Positions 31,205 to 41,279 are shown, counted from the first letter of the stretch. The stretch is 64,000 nucleotides of DNA from Desulfatiglandales bacterium (GCA_963667015.2 CAXXJJ010000001.1:320001-384000); one strand, 5' to 3'. A program made the numbers and translations. The notes: generated from the sequence alone by a model not told the origin.

Positions 31205-32161
31205 ATGAATACCCATGATCTCTTAAGATTAATTGAAGATTCAAACACCATTCTCGGTGAAGGAGCGGTTATAGAACGTTTAAGGCGGGACAGCAGTTTT
31301 GAACTTGACCCCCATATTGTAAATTCCGCTTTTATCTATGATGAGCATAAACGGGCTGCCATGGAGAAAATCTACCGCGGCTATATGGACACAGGGCATG
31401 AATATGATCTTCCTCTTATCCTGTCCACTCCGACATGGCGGGCCAGCCGGAGCAGGATAAAGGATGCCGGGTATGATGCATATGATGTAAATGCCGATAA
31501 TTACAGGTTTCTGGATGAGCTGCGCAAAGGCTATGGAGACTATGGAAATAAAATCATCATATGCGGTCTTATGAGCTGTAAGGGTGATGCCTATACCCCG
31601 GAAGATGCCTTAAGCCTTGATGATGCAAGGGAGTTTCACATGTGGCAGGCAGAAAAACTGGCAGGAGCAGGGGTGGATTTTACACTCGCTGCGACCTTAC
31701 CGGCCCTTGATGAGGCAAAGGGCCTGGCCTTTGCCCTGGCAGCTGCAGGAAGCCCCTATGTAATAAGTTTTGTTGCACGGCCGGAAGGAACCATGCTCGA
31801 TGGAACCCCGTTAAAAAGAGCAATAGCCGAGATTGACAGTGCGGTCAGCCCTAAACCCCTGGCGTTTATGCTCAACTGCACCCATGCATCCTTTGCAAAG
31901 GCAGCGCTGATGCACGAAACAAACTCTTCCCCCATGGTAAGAGAACGCATTATCGGACTTTTTGCAAATACCGCTGCTCTCAGTCCCGAAGATCTTAACA
32001 ACAGCGCAGAACTTGTGGAGGAAGATCCCGAAATATTCGGCAAATCAGTTGCAGCCCTGAACCGAATCCCTGGCCTTAAAATGCTGGGAGGCTGCTGCGG
32101 TACAGATGACAGGCATATAAGGGCACTGGCCTCAGAGCTTGCTGAAAAGGAGATCCCATGA
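31205..32161 (+). CDS. Homocysteine S-methyltransferase family protein
   Basis: TPTWRAS, LNCTH, LGGCCGTD. Confidence 0.85.
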   Translation: MNTHDLLRLIEDSNTILGEGAVIERLRRDSSFELDPHIVNSAFIYDEHKRAAMEKIYRGYMDTGHEYDLPLILSTPTWRASRSRIKDAGYDAYDVNADNYRFLDELRKGYGDYGNKIIICGLMSCKGDAYTPEDALSLDDAREFHMWQAEKLAGAGVDFTLAATLPALDEAKGLAFALAAAGSPYVISFVARPEGTMLDGTPLKRAIAEIDSAVSPKPLAFMLNCTHASFAKAALMHETNSSPMVRERIIGLFANTAALSPEDLNNSAELVEEDPEIFGKSVAALNRIPGLKMLGGCCGTDDRHIRALASELAEKEIP

Positions 32162-33096
32162 AAGTCTTTAACAAGGGATATTACAAATATTCGATTTTTC
32201 TTCTGGCATTATATTTTTTATTCCCCGGATGCAGTCCTGATAAGGAATTTAAATTCACCTTCAACAGAAAGGATGGGGAGGCATATATTCAGAGATTGTC
32301 GGTCACCAGGGAAAGGCAGACCGGAGAGACCGGCATTCAAATGGATGATACCCTTTCCGTTACACGGGTTACATGCAAAAAGACCAGCGAAGGATGGGAT
32401 ATAGATTCCAAACCGCAGAGCAGGGTAATGATGAGAAACGGGAAGGAAGTAACAAATCCGCTGCTTGCCCTGCTCTCTGATTTTGTAATTACTTATAAAC
32501 TCGATAAGGATGGAGAAATAAAGGATATTGCAGGATATGAAAAAGTGCTGGAAGCAATTAAATCGCAGTATCATCCTGGAATAGCAGAAGATATCGCATC
32601 ATCCCTTGATATAGATACTCTCAAACAGAGAGAATTTACTGAATGGGACGGAAGAATTGGAAATTATATTAATAAGGAATTTTCTATAGGGGATGTCTGG
32701 GAGTCCGAAACACCTTTTATCCTGCCAAATGGAGCAAAGCTGACCTATAAGGTAAAAACACATTTTAAGGAAATGGTTCAGTATAAAAATGTCAAATGTG
32801 TGGTGATTGAGCAGACATACGGCGATACGGGCGAAGGCATAACTGATCTGGTAAATGATGTAGCAGAATCAGTCTCAACGGAAGAAGAAAACAGGAATGA
32901 TAAATCCATTAAGTCAGGCAAAATAAGCTCTTCAATAACAGGGAAGGTTACACGCCTTATAGATCCGTCAACAATGAATATCTATAAGGAAGATGCGGAA
33001 AGAATTATCCGCATGGAAATGGATGTGCCTGGAGCCAAAGGAATCCCTGTTAAAATAACAGAAACCCGGTCCTATGAATATGAGTATGAAAATTAG
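32158..33096 (+). CDS. Hypothetical lipoprotein
   Basis: Lipobox-like FPGC after hydrophobic stretch. Confidence 0.6.
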   Translation: MKVFNKGYYKYSIFLLALYFLFPGCSPDKEFKFTFNRKDGEAYIQRLSVTRERQTGETGIQMDDTLSVTRVTCKKTSEGWDIDSKPQSRVMMRNGKEVTNPLLALLSDFVITYKLDKDGEIKDIAGYEKVLEAIKSQYHPGIAEDIASSLDIDTLKQREFTEWDGRIGNYINKEFSIGDVWESETPFILPNGAKLTYKVKTHFKEMVQYKNVKCVVIEQTYGDTGEGITDLVNDVAESVSTEEENRNDKSIKSGKISSSITGKVTRLIDPSTMNIYKEDAERIIRMEMDVPGAKGIPVKITETRSYEYEYEN

Positions 33097-33251
33097 AAAT
33101 GCCGGAAAACCGGTCCGGCTGCCCATATCTTAAAGTAAGAATTTCAAAAAAGATAGTTATGTGATATACACAGTCTGAGACCGGGGATAATAGAATATAA
33201 ATTCCGGAAATATGCACCTGTCTTTAAAAAATCTTCTCCGCGGGGCAAAAA

Positions 33252-33908
33252 TTGACGAAATCATTAAAAATCAGATCTCAAAAAGTTATTCTTGAGGGCC
33301 TGGACGCATTGTGCTGTATCTTCTGGGGTCCGGATCCGGATCAATGCAGGACACTTCTGGATGGGTCTTTTTCTGAAGTTTTTGAGTCCGTTGAAAATGA
33401 TCTGGATATTGATATCCACCAGGGGCTTGAAAAATTCAGGTCTATTTTAGACGCGTATGATGATCCGGAAAATCTATTCCTGAAGCTGAATGAAGAGTAT
33501 GTGAGATTATTCATCAGCAATCTGAATGGAATTACAGCACCACTGTTTGAGTCCTGCTATGAGTATGAAAACGCACCGCTGATGGGGCCGGCTGCAATGA
33601 GGATGAAGGAATTTCTTGATTCCGCCGGGCTTGATATATCCGATGATTTTAACGAACCCCCGGATCATCTGTGTATCGAGCTTGAAATGCTCTATTTTAT
33701 CCTGGAAAAGGGATGGAAAAGTAAAAAGAACGCTCAGTTAAAGGAGGCTGAAGCCTTTATATCAAAGGTGATGCTTCCATGGATAGATACCTTTTATAAC
33801 AGGCTGGCTTTTGAATATCCGGACTGTTTTTATACCATTTCGGCCTATATGCTGCTGGAGCTTTTACAATCTGTCAGAAAATCACTTGCCCTGCTTCTCA
33901 AGAGGTAA
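33252..33908 (+). CDS. TorD/DmsD-family molybdoenzyme chaperone
   Basis: EYVRLFI, APLFESCY, EPPDHLCIELE. Confidence 0.88.
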   Translation: MTKSLKIRSQKVILEGLDALCCIFWGPDPDQCRTLLDGSFSEVFESVENDLDIDIHQGLEKFRSILDAYDDPENLFLKLNEEYVRLFISNLNGITAPLFESCYEYENAPLMGPAAMRMKEFLDSAGLDISDDFNEPPDHLCIELEMLYFILEKGWKSKKNAQLKEAEAFISKVMLPWIDTFYNRLAFEYPDCFYTISAYMLLELLQSVRKSLALLLKR

Positions 33909-34361
33909 ACCCGCGTCCCTCCACTTAAAAAAACCCTGTGGAAACCTGCTTACATTTTTATACCCGAGGCGCACGGCCCATGAAGCGGCAATCCCGCTCT
34001 TGAGTCACCTGAAACCGCGGCAGTAGATAATGATTTTATTGTCTTTATCTGTGCCCAGGAGCTTTAAAAAGATCTCTTTTTTTTCCGGTTTGAGCTGAAG
34101 TTTATCTCCCAGGTCAAACTCCAGATTTACTGCATCCGGCAGGTGTCCGTCATTAAATTCATACTCTGTCCTGGTATCCAGGATCAGAAAGGGATGTTTT
34201 GACTCATAAAGCTTCTTAAGTTCATCCAGTGTTACAAGGCGGTAGTCATCTCTTTCTGCCTCAGCCGCCAGCTGCTTCCACCAGACAGGGCGCTCACCCG
34301 CCAGAGCACTGGAAGAGATAAAAATGAAAATATAAAGAATTATAAGGATGAGTCTCATCAT
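33882..34361 (-). CDS. Exported rhodanese-domain selenoprotein (in-frame UGA at 34005-34007)
   Basis: ILDTR..GHLPDA..IIIYCRGFR-TGA-LKSGIAASWAVRLGYKNVSRFPQGFFKWRDAGLP; rhodanese fold continues past TGA; SECIS-like hairpin follows. Confidence 0.8.
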
Positions 34362-34390
34362 TAGTGCCTAAAATAAAGTGTATCTTTAAT

Positions 34391-34420
34391 AAAAAAGCGC
34401 CCCCGGCAAAGGCCGGGGGC
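34391..34420 (-). terminator. Intrinsic terminator between the phsC-like gene and the rhodanese gene
   Basis: GCCCCCGGC..GCCGGGGGC hairpin followed by U-tract on minus strand. Confidence 0.8.
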
Positions 34421-34584
34421 AAGGACACTTTTTAAATACAGACACCCCTCCCGATAAGGAAAACCTCAAAGCCTGATAAAAGTGTCCTTATCGACCCGGA
34501 TTTCACAATAAAAAGCGTATGTTAGGTTGCCGCGAAAACTTTCATCCCGCGGTTACGCTAAGGTGTGACTGCTCCATCCGGGTC
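34421..34584 (-). ncRNA. Candidate structured RNA (unclassified)
   Basis: Nested stems GACCCGGAT/ATCCGGGTC, TCACA/TGTGA, AGCGTA/TACGCT, CCGCG/CGCGG plus 12-bp AAGGACACTTTT/AAAAGTGTCCTT stem. Confidence 0.45.
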
Positions 34585-35282
34585 TAGCTTTTTATCCTGT
34601 CATACCAGAGCTTATGGTGATGTTCCGCATAATCCTCCGGTACCTTTCCTGTAAACATGGAGGTAAATGCAGGCTTTTCCCCTGCAGCAATACCTGCCAT
34701 GTAAACGTGTATAAACAATCCCGCAAAAACCAGCATAACTGTCACAAAGTGGATGAGTATTGCCCATTGCACTATGCCCGTGTCAGTAATCCATTTGTCA
34801 GAGACTGCCATGATAAAACCTGTCACAGCGATAATAATGCCTCCGAACAGCGATGGTATTGCAAAGATCTTCTGCCCGACATTATAGAATCCCTGGTCCG
34901 GCAGACGGGGATCAAGACCCAGTTTTTTCAACGCCTTGTTCCCCAGAACCATGTAAATTCCTTTTTTAATGAGCCACATTGTGTCCTGATAGGGAGAAAC
35001 CGTCATGACTTCCTTTACAAAGGGAATAACATGTTTTTTACAGAAGATTATGCTGTACAGTATAAACCCTCCGCTCCATATAAATCCTGCGATTATATGG
35101 GCTGCCAGAAGTGCTTCGCCGCTCCCGAAAACACTATGCATCAGGTTTGCCCACCCGCCCCCGGCGATCTGAAGATCCGGGTTTTTTATAAGCCCCAGGC
35201 CGGTGAGGAGGAGAAAAATCCAGCAAACTGCGTTAAACCAGTGCATAAAGATGTTTATTTTGTCATGTCGTTTTATCTGCAT
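34584..35282 (-). CDS. Cytochrome b membrane anchor (FdnI/PhsC-like)
   Basis: HWFNA..TG, QGFYNVGQK, conserved His in TMs, HHKLWY. Confidence 0.85.
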   Translation of the reverse strand: MQIKRHDKINIFMHWFNAVCWIFLLLTGLGLIKNPDLQIAGGGWANLMHSVFGSGEALLAAHIIAGFIWSGGFILYSIIFCKKHVIPFVKEVMTVSPYQDTMWLIKKGIYMVLGNKALKKLGLDPRLPDQGFYNVGQKIFAIPSLFGGIIIAVTGFIMAVSDKWITDTGIVQWAILIHFVTVMLVFAGLFIHVYMAGIAAGEKPAFTSMFTGKVPEDYAEHHHKLWYDRIKS

Positions 35283-35283
35283 G

Positions 35284-36042
35284 TTAATTGTCTCCTTCCT
35301 CTTTTCTCTCCTGGTCAGCGGGGTCGTCCTTTACCAGAAGCTGTTTCCCAAGCATGACCAGGGCGCCAAGGATATTCAAGCCGACAATACCCCACATAAA
35401 GGGATTGATTGCCTTCCAGATCTGCATGGCCGCAGGCATCTCTGCCTTTACCGGCCAGTTCAGAGGGGCAGTAGCCGACATATAATAGATATTCGGTTTT
35501 GTATCTGTTTCAGGATTTATGACCCTTACAAAACTGTTTTTTTGCAACAGTCGGCGTACGTCACTTTCAGGATCATTGATATCCCCGAATACTCTTGCCT
35601 TTGTGGGGCAGGTAACAACACAGGCGGGTAATTCGCCTCTCTCGCGTCTGTCCTGGCAGAAGTCGCATTTGTCTACCTTTTTCTTTTCAACATGACGATA
35701 CCTGGCGCCATAGGGGCATGCTGGTATGCAGTTTCCGCAGCCTATGCACAATTCCTCGTTAACAAGTACTGTACCGTCTTCAGGGCTCTTGTAAGTGGCG
35801 CCTGTAGGGCATGCCTGTACGCATGTGGCATTGTCGCAATGCATGCAGTTTCCCGGCTGGAAATGGGCGGAACCGGCTTTTTTTAATCTTCCCTGGTCAT
35901 CAAAGTCAGGTTCCTGACCCTTTACCCAGTTTCTCCAGTGACCTTCGGATACATTGTTTTCAACCTTGCATGCAGCCATGCACGCCTTGCAGTCAATACA
36001 GGAAGAAGAATCTATCACCATGGCAAGTTGTGTATTTTTCAT
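35284..36042 (-). CDS. 4x[4Fe-4S] subunit (PhsB/PsrB-like)
   Basis: CIDCKACMAAC, CMHCDNATCVQACP, CIGCGNCIPACP, CDFC..CVVTCP. Confidence 0.9.
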   Translation of the reverse strand: MKNTQLAMVIDSSSCIDCKACMAACKVENNVSEGHWRNWVKGQEPDFDDQGRLKKAGSAHFQPGNCMHCDNATCVQACPTGATYKSPEDGTVLVNEELCIGCGNCIPACPYGARYRHVEKKKVDKCDFCQDRRERGELPACVVTCPTKARVFGDINDPESDVRRLLQKNSFVRVINPETDTKPNIYYMSATAPLNWPVKAEMPAAMQIWKAINPFMWGIVGLNILGALVMLGKQLLVKDDPADQERKEEGDN

Positions 36043-38243
36043 GACTGGCTCCTTGATATGCTGACAAATGTTTCGTGCATGGCCATATTTCCGGAAAGAA
36101 GATCCGCCTTATCCTCCAGAATCTCTGAGATACATCCGCCCTTCCCGTATATCTTTGTCAGGCCTTTTGAAAGCACACCAAAACCGCTTGCCATATAGAC
36201 CGTATCCGGCCGGATTCCCTTTTTAAATGCTGCCTTGAGCTCAGTCTTTCCTGCATCGCTCTTTACTAAAACCATGTCCCCGTCTTTAATACCAAGCCGT
36301 TCTGCGGAAACAGGATTTATCCAGAGACCGTTTTCAGGCATAAACTCATATAAGAGCCGGTTGTTGTGGTTGGTACAATGGGTAAAATATGCATTCCTGC
36401 CAAGGACCATTCGAAACCGGTCCGAAGGGATTTCTTCAGGGGCGTGATATACCGGCATTGGATCAAGCCCGAGGTCTCCGTAGCGTTCATTGTGAAGCTC
36501 TATCTTTTTTGACCGGGTCCTGAAGAGCTTGCCTTCATATACCCCGTATAGCTGACCGGGATTATAATAAACACCATCCTCCTTCAGCGCCTTAGGCGCA
36601 TCCGGCAGATTGCTTAACTGCTCGTTTCTGTAAGATTCTATTGTAAAATCAAAATATTCACCGAGATCCATCCTCTTTGCCAGCTCCTTTACAATCCAGA
36701 ATGCCGGCTTTGACTCAAAAAGCTCGGGTACGACAGGATCGCGTGTTACAACACATGCACATGCCGACGATCCCTGAAGTCCGCTCGCACAGTCCTGTCT
36801 TTCAAGATAGCTGGGGGCAGGCAGCACAAGGTCCGAAACCCATGCCGTATCACTCATGGTGATGTCTATGGTCATCATGAAATCCAGTTTATCTATCATT
36901 TCCAGGGTCTTGCTACGGTTGGCAACCGACTGCAGCGGATTATATTTGTATACAAACCATCCCCTAACAGGGTAAGGCTCCTGGGCAATGATTCCGTCAC
37001 GCATGTGTTTGAAAGATCCCTCTTCTTCAAAAAGCATATGGGCCTTTCCATAGTCGATGCGATCCTCCGGGTTGTCATCATAAAAAGGCGCTTCCGGAAG
37101 CTGCACGGACTTGAGCCCGACCTGCCTGGCCGCCACGAGTCCGCCCGGCTGATCCCAGTTCCCCAGAAGGGCGTTAACAATAGCCATGGCCCTTCTGATC
37201 TGTGTGGAGTTTGTATAATCCGAGGTTCGCCTTCCAGGGTAAACCATGGCAGAGGGGGCGGCATCCGCAAGTTCCCTTGCTATACGCCTGATGTTTTCTG
37301 CCGGGATTTCGCATTCCTTTGATGCCCATTCGGGGGTATACGGCTTTACATGTTCGGTCAGCTCCTCCAGACCGTAAAGTTTTTCATCCGCAAACTTCTG
37401 GTCATAGAGTTTTTCCTGGGTAATCACATGGGCAAGGGCCAGAAAAAAGGCCATGTCGGTACCCGGCTTTACAGGATACCACTCATCGGCCATTGCCGCG
37501 GTTTTTGTATAACGAGGGTCAAGAACTACAAGTTTGCACCCATTCTTCCTGGCGGTCATTAAATCGATACTGTCAGGAGTAATAAGTGCCTCGAATGGAT
37601 TTGCGCCCGAGGTGATGATATATCTGGTATAAAGTACATCGGCAGAAGGGACTTCACCAAACGTATCAAGGTAGGCGCGGTTCCTGCTTAAAAGACAGCT
37701 GGATTCATGGGTGCAAACATTGTAAGACCCGAAAACCTCGGCAAAACGGTGAACAAAGGTTGACTGAAGATCAGACCCGGGGGTAAACAATACCCCGCAT
37801 CTGCTGTATTTCTCAGCTATCTTTTTTAATTCTCCTGCAGCATGGTCAAGAGCCTCTTCCCAGGAAATGCGCTTCCATTTTCCCTCGCCTCTTTTACCTG
37901 TTCTAAGCAACGGGTATTTAAGCCGGTCAGGGTCATAGAGCTGCTGAATTCCTGCATTGCCTTTTGCGCAGAGCATCCCCCTTGATTTTAAAAATTTGGG
38001 ATTAGGATCGAGTTTTTTTACAACTCCGTCTTCCACCCTTGCAATAAGACCGCACTTGTTAAGGCACATGTCGCAGGCTGAATATTTATGTTCAACATTT
38101 CTATTTTTTTTCTTCTTTTTATCAGCAGGAACCAGTGCATGAAGAACAGGGGACTGTGAACCGGTTACTGCTGCGGCTCCCGCCGCACCGGTCCACTTGA
38201 GAAAGCTTCGTCGTGTTACGGGTCTATCTATAAATTTTGCCAT
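36039..38243 (-). CDS. Tat-exported molybdopterin oxidoreductase, thiosulfate/polysulfide reductase (PhsA/PsrA-like)
   Basis: TRRSFLK Tat signal, CDMCLNKC..C, HESSC Cys ligand region, YPGRR. Confidence 0.85.
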   Translation of the reverse strand: MAKFIDRPVTRRSFLKWTGAAGAAAVTGSQSPVLHALVPADKKKKKNRNVEHKYSACDMCLNKCGLIARVEDGVVKKLDPNPKFLKSRGMLCAKGNAGIQQLYDPDRLKYPLLRTGKRGEGKWKRISWEEALDHAAGELKKIAEKYSRCGVLFTPGSDLQSTFVHRFAEVFGSYNVCTHESSCLLSRNRAYLDTFGEVPSADVLYTRYIITSGANPFEALITPDSIDLMTARKNGCKLVVLDPRYTKTAAMADEWYPVKPGTDMAFFLALAHVITQEKLYDQKFADEKLYGLEELTEHVKPYTPEWASKECEIPAENIRRIARELADAAPSAMVYPGRRTSDYTNSTQIRRAMAIVNALLGNWDQPGGLVAARQVGLKSVQLPEAPFYDDNPEDRIDYGKAHMLFEEEGSFKHMRDGIIAQEPYPVRGWFVYKYNPLQSVANRSKTLEMIDKLDFMMTIDITMSDTAWVSDLVLPAPSYLERQDCASGLQGSSACACVVTRDPVVPELFESKPAFWIVKELAKRMDLGEYFDFTIESYRNEQLSNLPDAPKALKEDGVYYNPGQLYGVYEGKLFRTRSKKIELHNERYGDLGLDPMPVYHAPEEIPSDRFRMVLGRNAYFTHCTNHNNRLLYEFMPENGLWINPVSAERLGIKDGDMVLVKSDAGKTELKAAFKKGIRPDTVYMASGFGVLSKGLTKIYGKGGCISEILEDKADLLSGNMAMHETFVSISRSQS

Positions 38244-38262
38244 TAGAGGCTCCCTTTATCAG

Positions 38263-38592
38263 CTATTTACACTTCGCCGGTGACGGTGAATCAAACGCAT
38301 GCCCGTGAAGGTAACTCAGTATATCTTTGAGCTCGTCTTCTGACAGGGCTTTCCATGCATCTTCACAGCCAAAAACTTCCCAGTCCTTTTTCTCAAAAAC
38401 CCTTTCCCACTGGGCCTGAGTCTTTGAATCAGGGCTTACCGGTATAGCCTCTTCTCCATGACATGCCTTGTACGTTGTGCGGTAAAGATGTTTACCCTTT
38501 CGTTTGTTGCCTTCTTTTCCTGCTATTGCAGGGGATATAAAGGTAAAAACCAGAATAAGTGATATTAAGGTAATCCATGTTCTTTTTTTCAT
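38263..38592 (-). CDS. Small exported cytochrome c-like protein with atypical YKACH motif
   Basis: Signal peptide, GNKRKGKHLY..YKACH, KTQAQW, LSEDELKDILSYL. Confidence 0.7.
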   Translation of the reverse strand: MKKRTWITLISLILVFTFISPAIAGKEGNKRKGKHLYRTTYKACHGEEAIPVSPDSKTQAQWERVFEKKDWEVFGCEDAWKALSEDELKDILSYLHGHAFDSPSPAKCK

Positions 38593-38611
38593 TTTAATCC
38601 TCCATTATTTT

Positions 38612-38914
38612 TTAAAAGACCACGTAACGGTCACAGTTTTTAAAAATCTCAGCATGTTTTGCCTGTGTTTCAAAAATGGCCGGCTCTATTTCCGGCAGGC
38701 CATTCAACCCCAGTGAACGGCAGCTGAAATCACACACAGCAATATTTGCCTTTCCCTTTAATTTTTTAAAATCACCTGATTCGATCAGCTTTACAGCCCT
38801 TCCGGTAAAAAATATCCTGATATCTTTCCCCTTGTTAAAGGCTGTTTCAGTAAGGCTGATCACATAATCCAGATGTTTATCCGATGTAACCAGAATCCCC
38901 AGAGTACCTGTCAT
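38612..38914 (-). CDS. DsrE-like sulfur relay protein
   Basis: LGILVTSD..IFFTGRAV..VCDFS..CDRYVVF. Confidence 0.65.
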   Translation of the reverse strand: MTGTLGILVTSDKHLDYVISLTETAFNKGKDIRIFFTGRAVKLIESGDFKKLKGKANIAVCDFSCRSLGLNGLPEIEPAIFETQAKHAEIFKNCDRYVVF

Positions 38915-38959
38915 AGTAAATCCCCTTTTACAGAAATTCGGGATAAATTGTTAACCCTG

Positions 38960-39133
38960 CTACCACCAGCATATAACCTTGTCATATGAAAATATGTCAT
39001 CAACAAGCCTGCTCCAGTCAACATCTCCCTGATACAGGGCCTCCACGGCACTTTCCTCTTCATCGGAAAAACACTCGATAAATCTCTCAACACTAATGCT
39101 GGGCTCCGTTCGAAGCAGATGCAGTACCCTCAT
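38960..39133 (-). CDS. Small DsrH/TusB-like protein, 57 aa, absent from the ORF track
   Basis: MRVLHLLRTEP..DWSRLVDDIFSYDKVICWW; GAGGA RBS; sits between two DsrE/F-like genes. Confidence 0.7.
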   Translation of the reverse strand: MRVLHLLRTEPSISVERFIECFSDEEESAVEALYQGDVDWSRLVDDIFSYDKVICWW

Positions 39134-39144
39134 AAAGGATTCCT

Positions 39145-39432
39145 CTAAAAAGGAATAACCCGGTCTATCTCTTTAAGCCCCGCGCCAACTTCCCTGAGGC
39201 TCCGGAATGTGAAGCCGTATTCCTCCACATTAACCTGGTTATTCGAATAACATTCGCCCCCAACCTCTTTGAAAAACATCATGTTTTCCCGATAGGCCTC
39301 ATCCATGTTTTCAATTTCACTGTTGAGGACGAACATTTTCACCTGGATATCATTCAGCTGTAATCCTATGCAGGTCATCAACCCGTCATACTGGCGATTA
39401 CTGTCGATAATGATTACAGCCGCTTTCATCAT
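39145..39432 (-). CDS. DsrE/F-like protein
   Basis: MKAAVIII..YDGL...DRVIPF terminal pattern. Confidence 0.6.
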   Translation of the reverse strand: MMKAAVIIIDSNRQYDGLMTCIGLQLNDIQVKMFVLNSEIENMDEAYRENMMFFKEVGGECYSNNQVNVEEYGFTFRSLREVGAGLKEIDRVIPF

Positions 39433-39440
39433 TATCTTGC

Positions 39441-41174
39441 CTACCACCTGAGAGTGGCTGAGGCATAGGCTCCCCACACCTTGTCAACTATGGCGTTAAG
39501 AGAATCCAGTGCCATGGCATCTTCGATCTTTACCGGTGCGCCAAGCGGGTTTCCGCTTCCTGTATAGTCATAGTCATAATATCTGGCTCCGACTTTAAAG
39601 AAGAAGGTATCACCGAAGACTGGCTGGATATAATAGCCTTCATAAACCTGTCCTCTTGTTGCCGCCTTGCTTCCGATAAGTGAATCTTCCGCACCTGTAA
39701 AACTGAACCAGTATTTTGATCCCCGGTTATATTCGAAACCAAACCTTGCATCTTTGGGCATGGGGAAAACAACACCGGCCCATATACCGTAGCCACTGTG
39801 TGACTCCAGGATTCCGTTTGAGCTCAGAAGACCCTGGCCCATCATCTCATAGAATGGGTTTGTAGATATTCGTGAAGGCTTCGTATGAGTCCATGAACCG
39901 GAAAGGAACATGTCGATATCCGGAAGGTCATCCGAGAACTCGGCCAGGTTTGCCCTTAAAAGCAGCGACAAAGCATCCCAGTCCCCGATGTTTGTCATGG
40001 GCTCGATTCGGCTGATATACCCGCCTGTATTGGCCTCAAAATAGTATTCAGGTATAAGGTCACCATCAGTGTCCTGCTTTGATACAATAAATGGCATAAC
40101 GGTTGTTCCGGTAAATCCGTCTGTAATCTTGGATGCATGGGCATAATTGACGCCAGCGCTCATCCTGCCGTCATCGAACAATGTGGTAATGAATCCAAAC
40201 AGGTGAACATCATCAACATCCGGCCTGGTATCATTAAGCGATGAGCTGTTACCCCAGTCTCCTTCAAAGCCTACGCCGTAACAGAGTTTGAAATCAAAAC
40301 CCGGAATTCCGGTTGCATCTTCAAGGCCAAAGGCCAGTGATGCCCCGTCAAACTGCCAGTTTATGATTGGTGTATAGGGTGAACCTCCCTCAAGACTGTA
40401 ATTGCCATACTCCATTGGAGGGCCGTCTGTTGAGGGACGACGTCCAAGTGAAAAATTGACCGGTACATTCCCCATCCTGCCTTTATAATTAAAATAGGCG
40501 CGTTCCAGGTGAATTGTGTCGCCATGGGGCAGGCTGGTGCTGTTTCCGTCAAAGGTAACATCTCCCAGGCTTCCTCCGTTAAATTTAACACCCGTACTGT
40601 CTCCCCAGACCTTGTAGGCTGCAAGTCTTGCGGCAAAATCCAGCTGGCTGTTAATCTTTGCCTTCATGTTTAAACGGAATTTTGAGGTATAGATTATATC
40701 ATTGTCTGATGAGACCTTTTCTGCCGGGATGCCCATGGAGGCAAATCCGCCCATAATGGCAGGAACCATATTTGCAGGGATTCCGTTAAGGCCGCCACTC
40801 ATTGGATCCGAACCATTGAAAGGCATAAAAAACATGTTGACCAGCCAGTCAGGTGCAAAGAGTGTATCGTCATAATGTATGCTCTCTGCATTTGTTCTGA
40901 GCTCCACGCTCCAAGACAGCTTGTCCGATGCAGTGTGAAGTTCGGCCTTATTGAGCCTTTCATCGATCTCATCGATCTCATCATCCTTTTCCGAGTTTGC
41001 ATTTTCCAGTTTTTCCAGCTTCTCCTGAAGCATCATCATCTGCTGGTTCATCTGCTTCAGCTGAGCCTTTAACTCGTCGACATCATCCGAAGCAAAGGCC
41101 TGGGGTGGTATGGTAAAAACCATGAAAAACAAAAAACCCGAGAAAATAAAACCCGGCCACTTTAATTTATTCAT
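39441..41174 (-). CDS. DUF3373-family protein (outer-membrane beta-barrel-like)
   Basis: Signal peptide, N-terminal coiled coil, LERAYF, GRRPSTDGPP, GSKYW..F, ATRG; C-terminal W. Confidence 0.8.
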   Translation of the reverse strand: MNKLKWPGFIFSGFLFFMVFTIPPQAFASDDVDELKAQLKQMNQQMMMLQEKLEKLENANSEKDDEIDEIDERLNKAELHTASDKLSWSVELRTNAESIHYDDTLFAPDWLVNMFFMPFNGSDPMSGGLNGIPANMVPAIMGGFASMGIPAEKVSSDNDIIYTSKFRLNMKAKINSQLDFAARLAAYKVWGDSTGVKFNGGSLGDVTFDGNSTSLPHGDTIHLERAYFNYKGRMGNVPVNFSLGRRPSTDGPPMEYGNYSLEGGSPYTPIINWQFDGASLAFGLEDATGIPGFDFKLCYGVGFEGDWGNSSSLNDTRPDVDDVHLFGFITTLFDDGRMSAGVNYAHASKITDGFTGTTVMPFIVSKQDTDGDLIPEYYFEANTGGYISRIEPMTNIGDWDALSLLLRANLAEFSDDLPDIDMFLSGSWTHTKPSRISTNPFYEMMGQGLLSSNGILESHSGYGIWAGVVFPMPKDARFGFEYNRGSKYWFSFTGAEDSLIGSKAATRGQVYEGYYIQPVFGDTFFFKVGARYYDYDYTGSGNPLGAPVKIEDAMALDSLNAIVDKVWGAYASATLRW

Positions 41175-41262
41175 TTTTGCCTCCTAAAATATTTTGCATG
41201 TTATAAAATCAAACCCTTCTGTTTTTTAATGAATGAAATAAATATGATTCTGCCCGGGTTTT

Positions 41263-41279
41263 TGCGAGGATTGTGCCAA
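41263..41279 (-). promoter_or_regulatory. Sigma54 promoter for the DUF3373-phs operon
   Basis: TTGGCAC-AATCC-TCGCA on minus strand, next to a divergent sigma54 activator gene. Confidence 0.65.

Noticed and set aside
34614..35357. 247-aa plus-strand ORF
   Set aside because: Antisense shadow of the cytochrome b subunit gene
38911..39093. 60-aa minus-strand ORF in the track
   Set aside because: The overlapping frame 38960-39133 has an RBS and a recognisable motif
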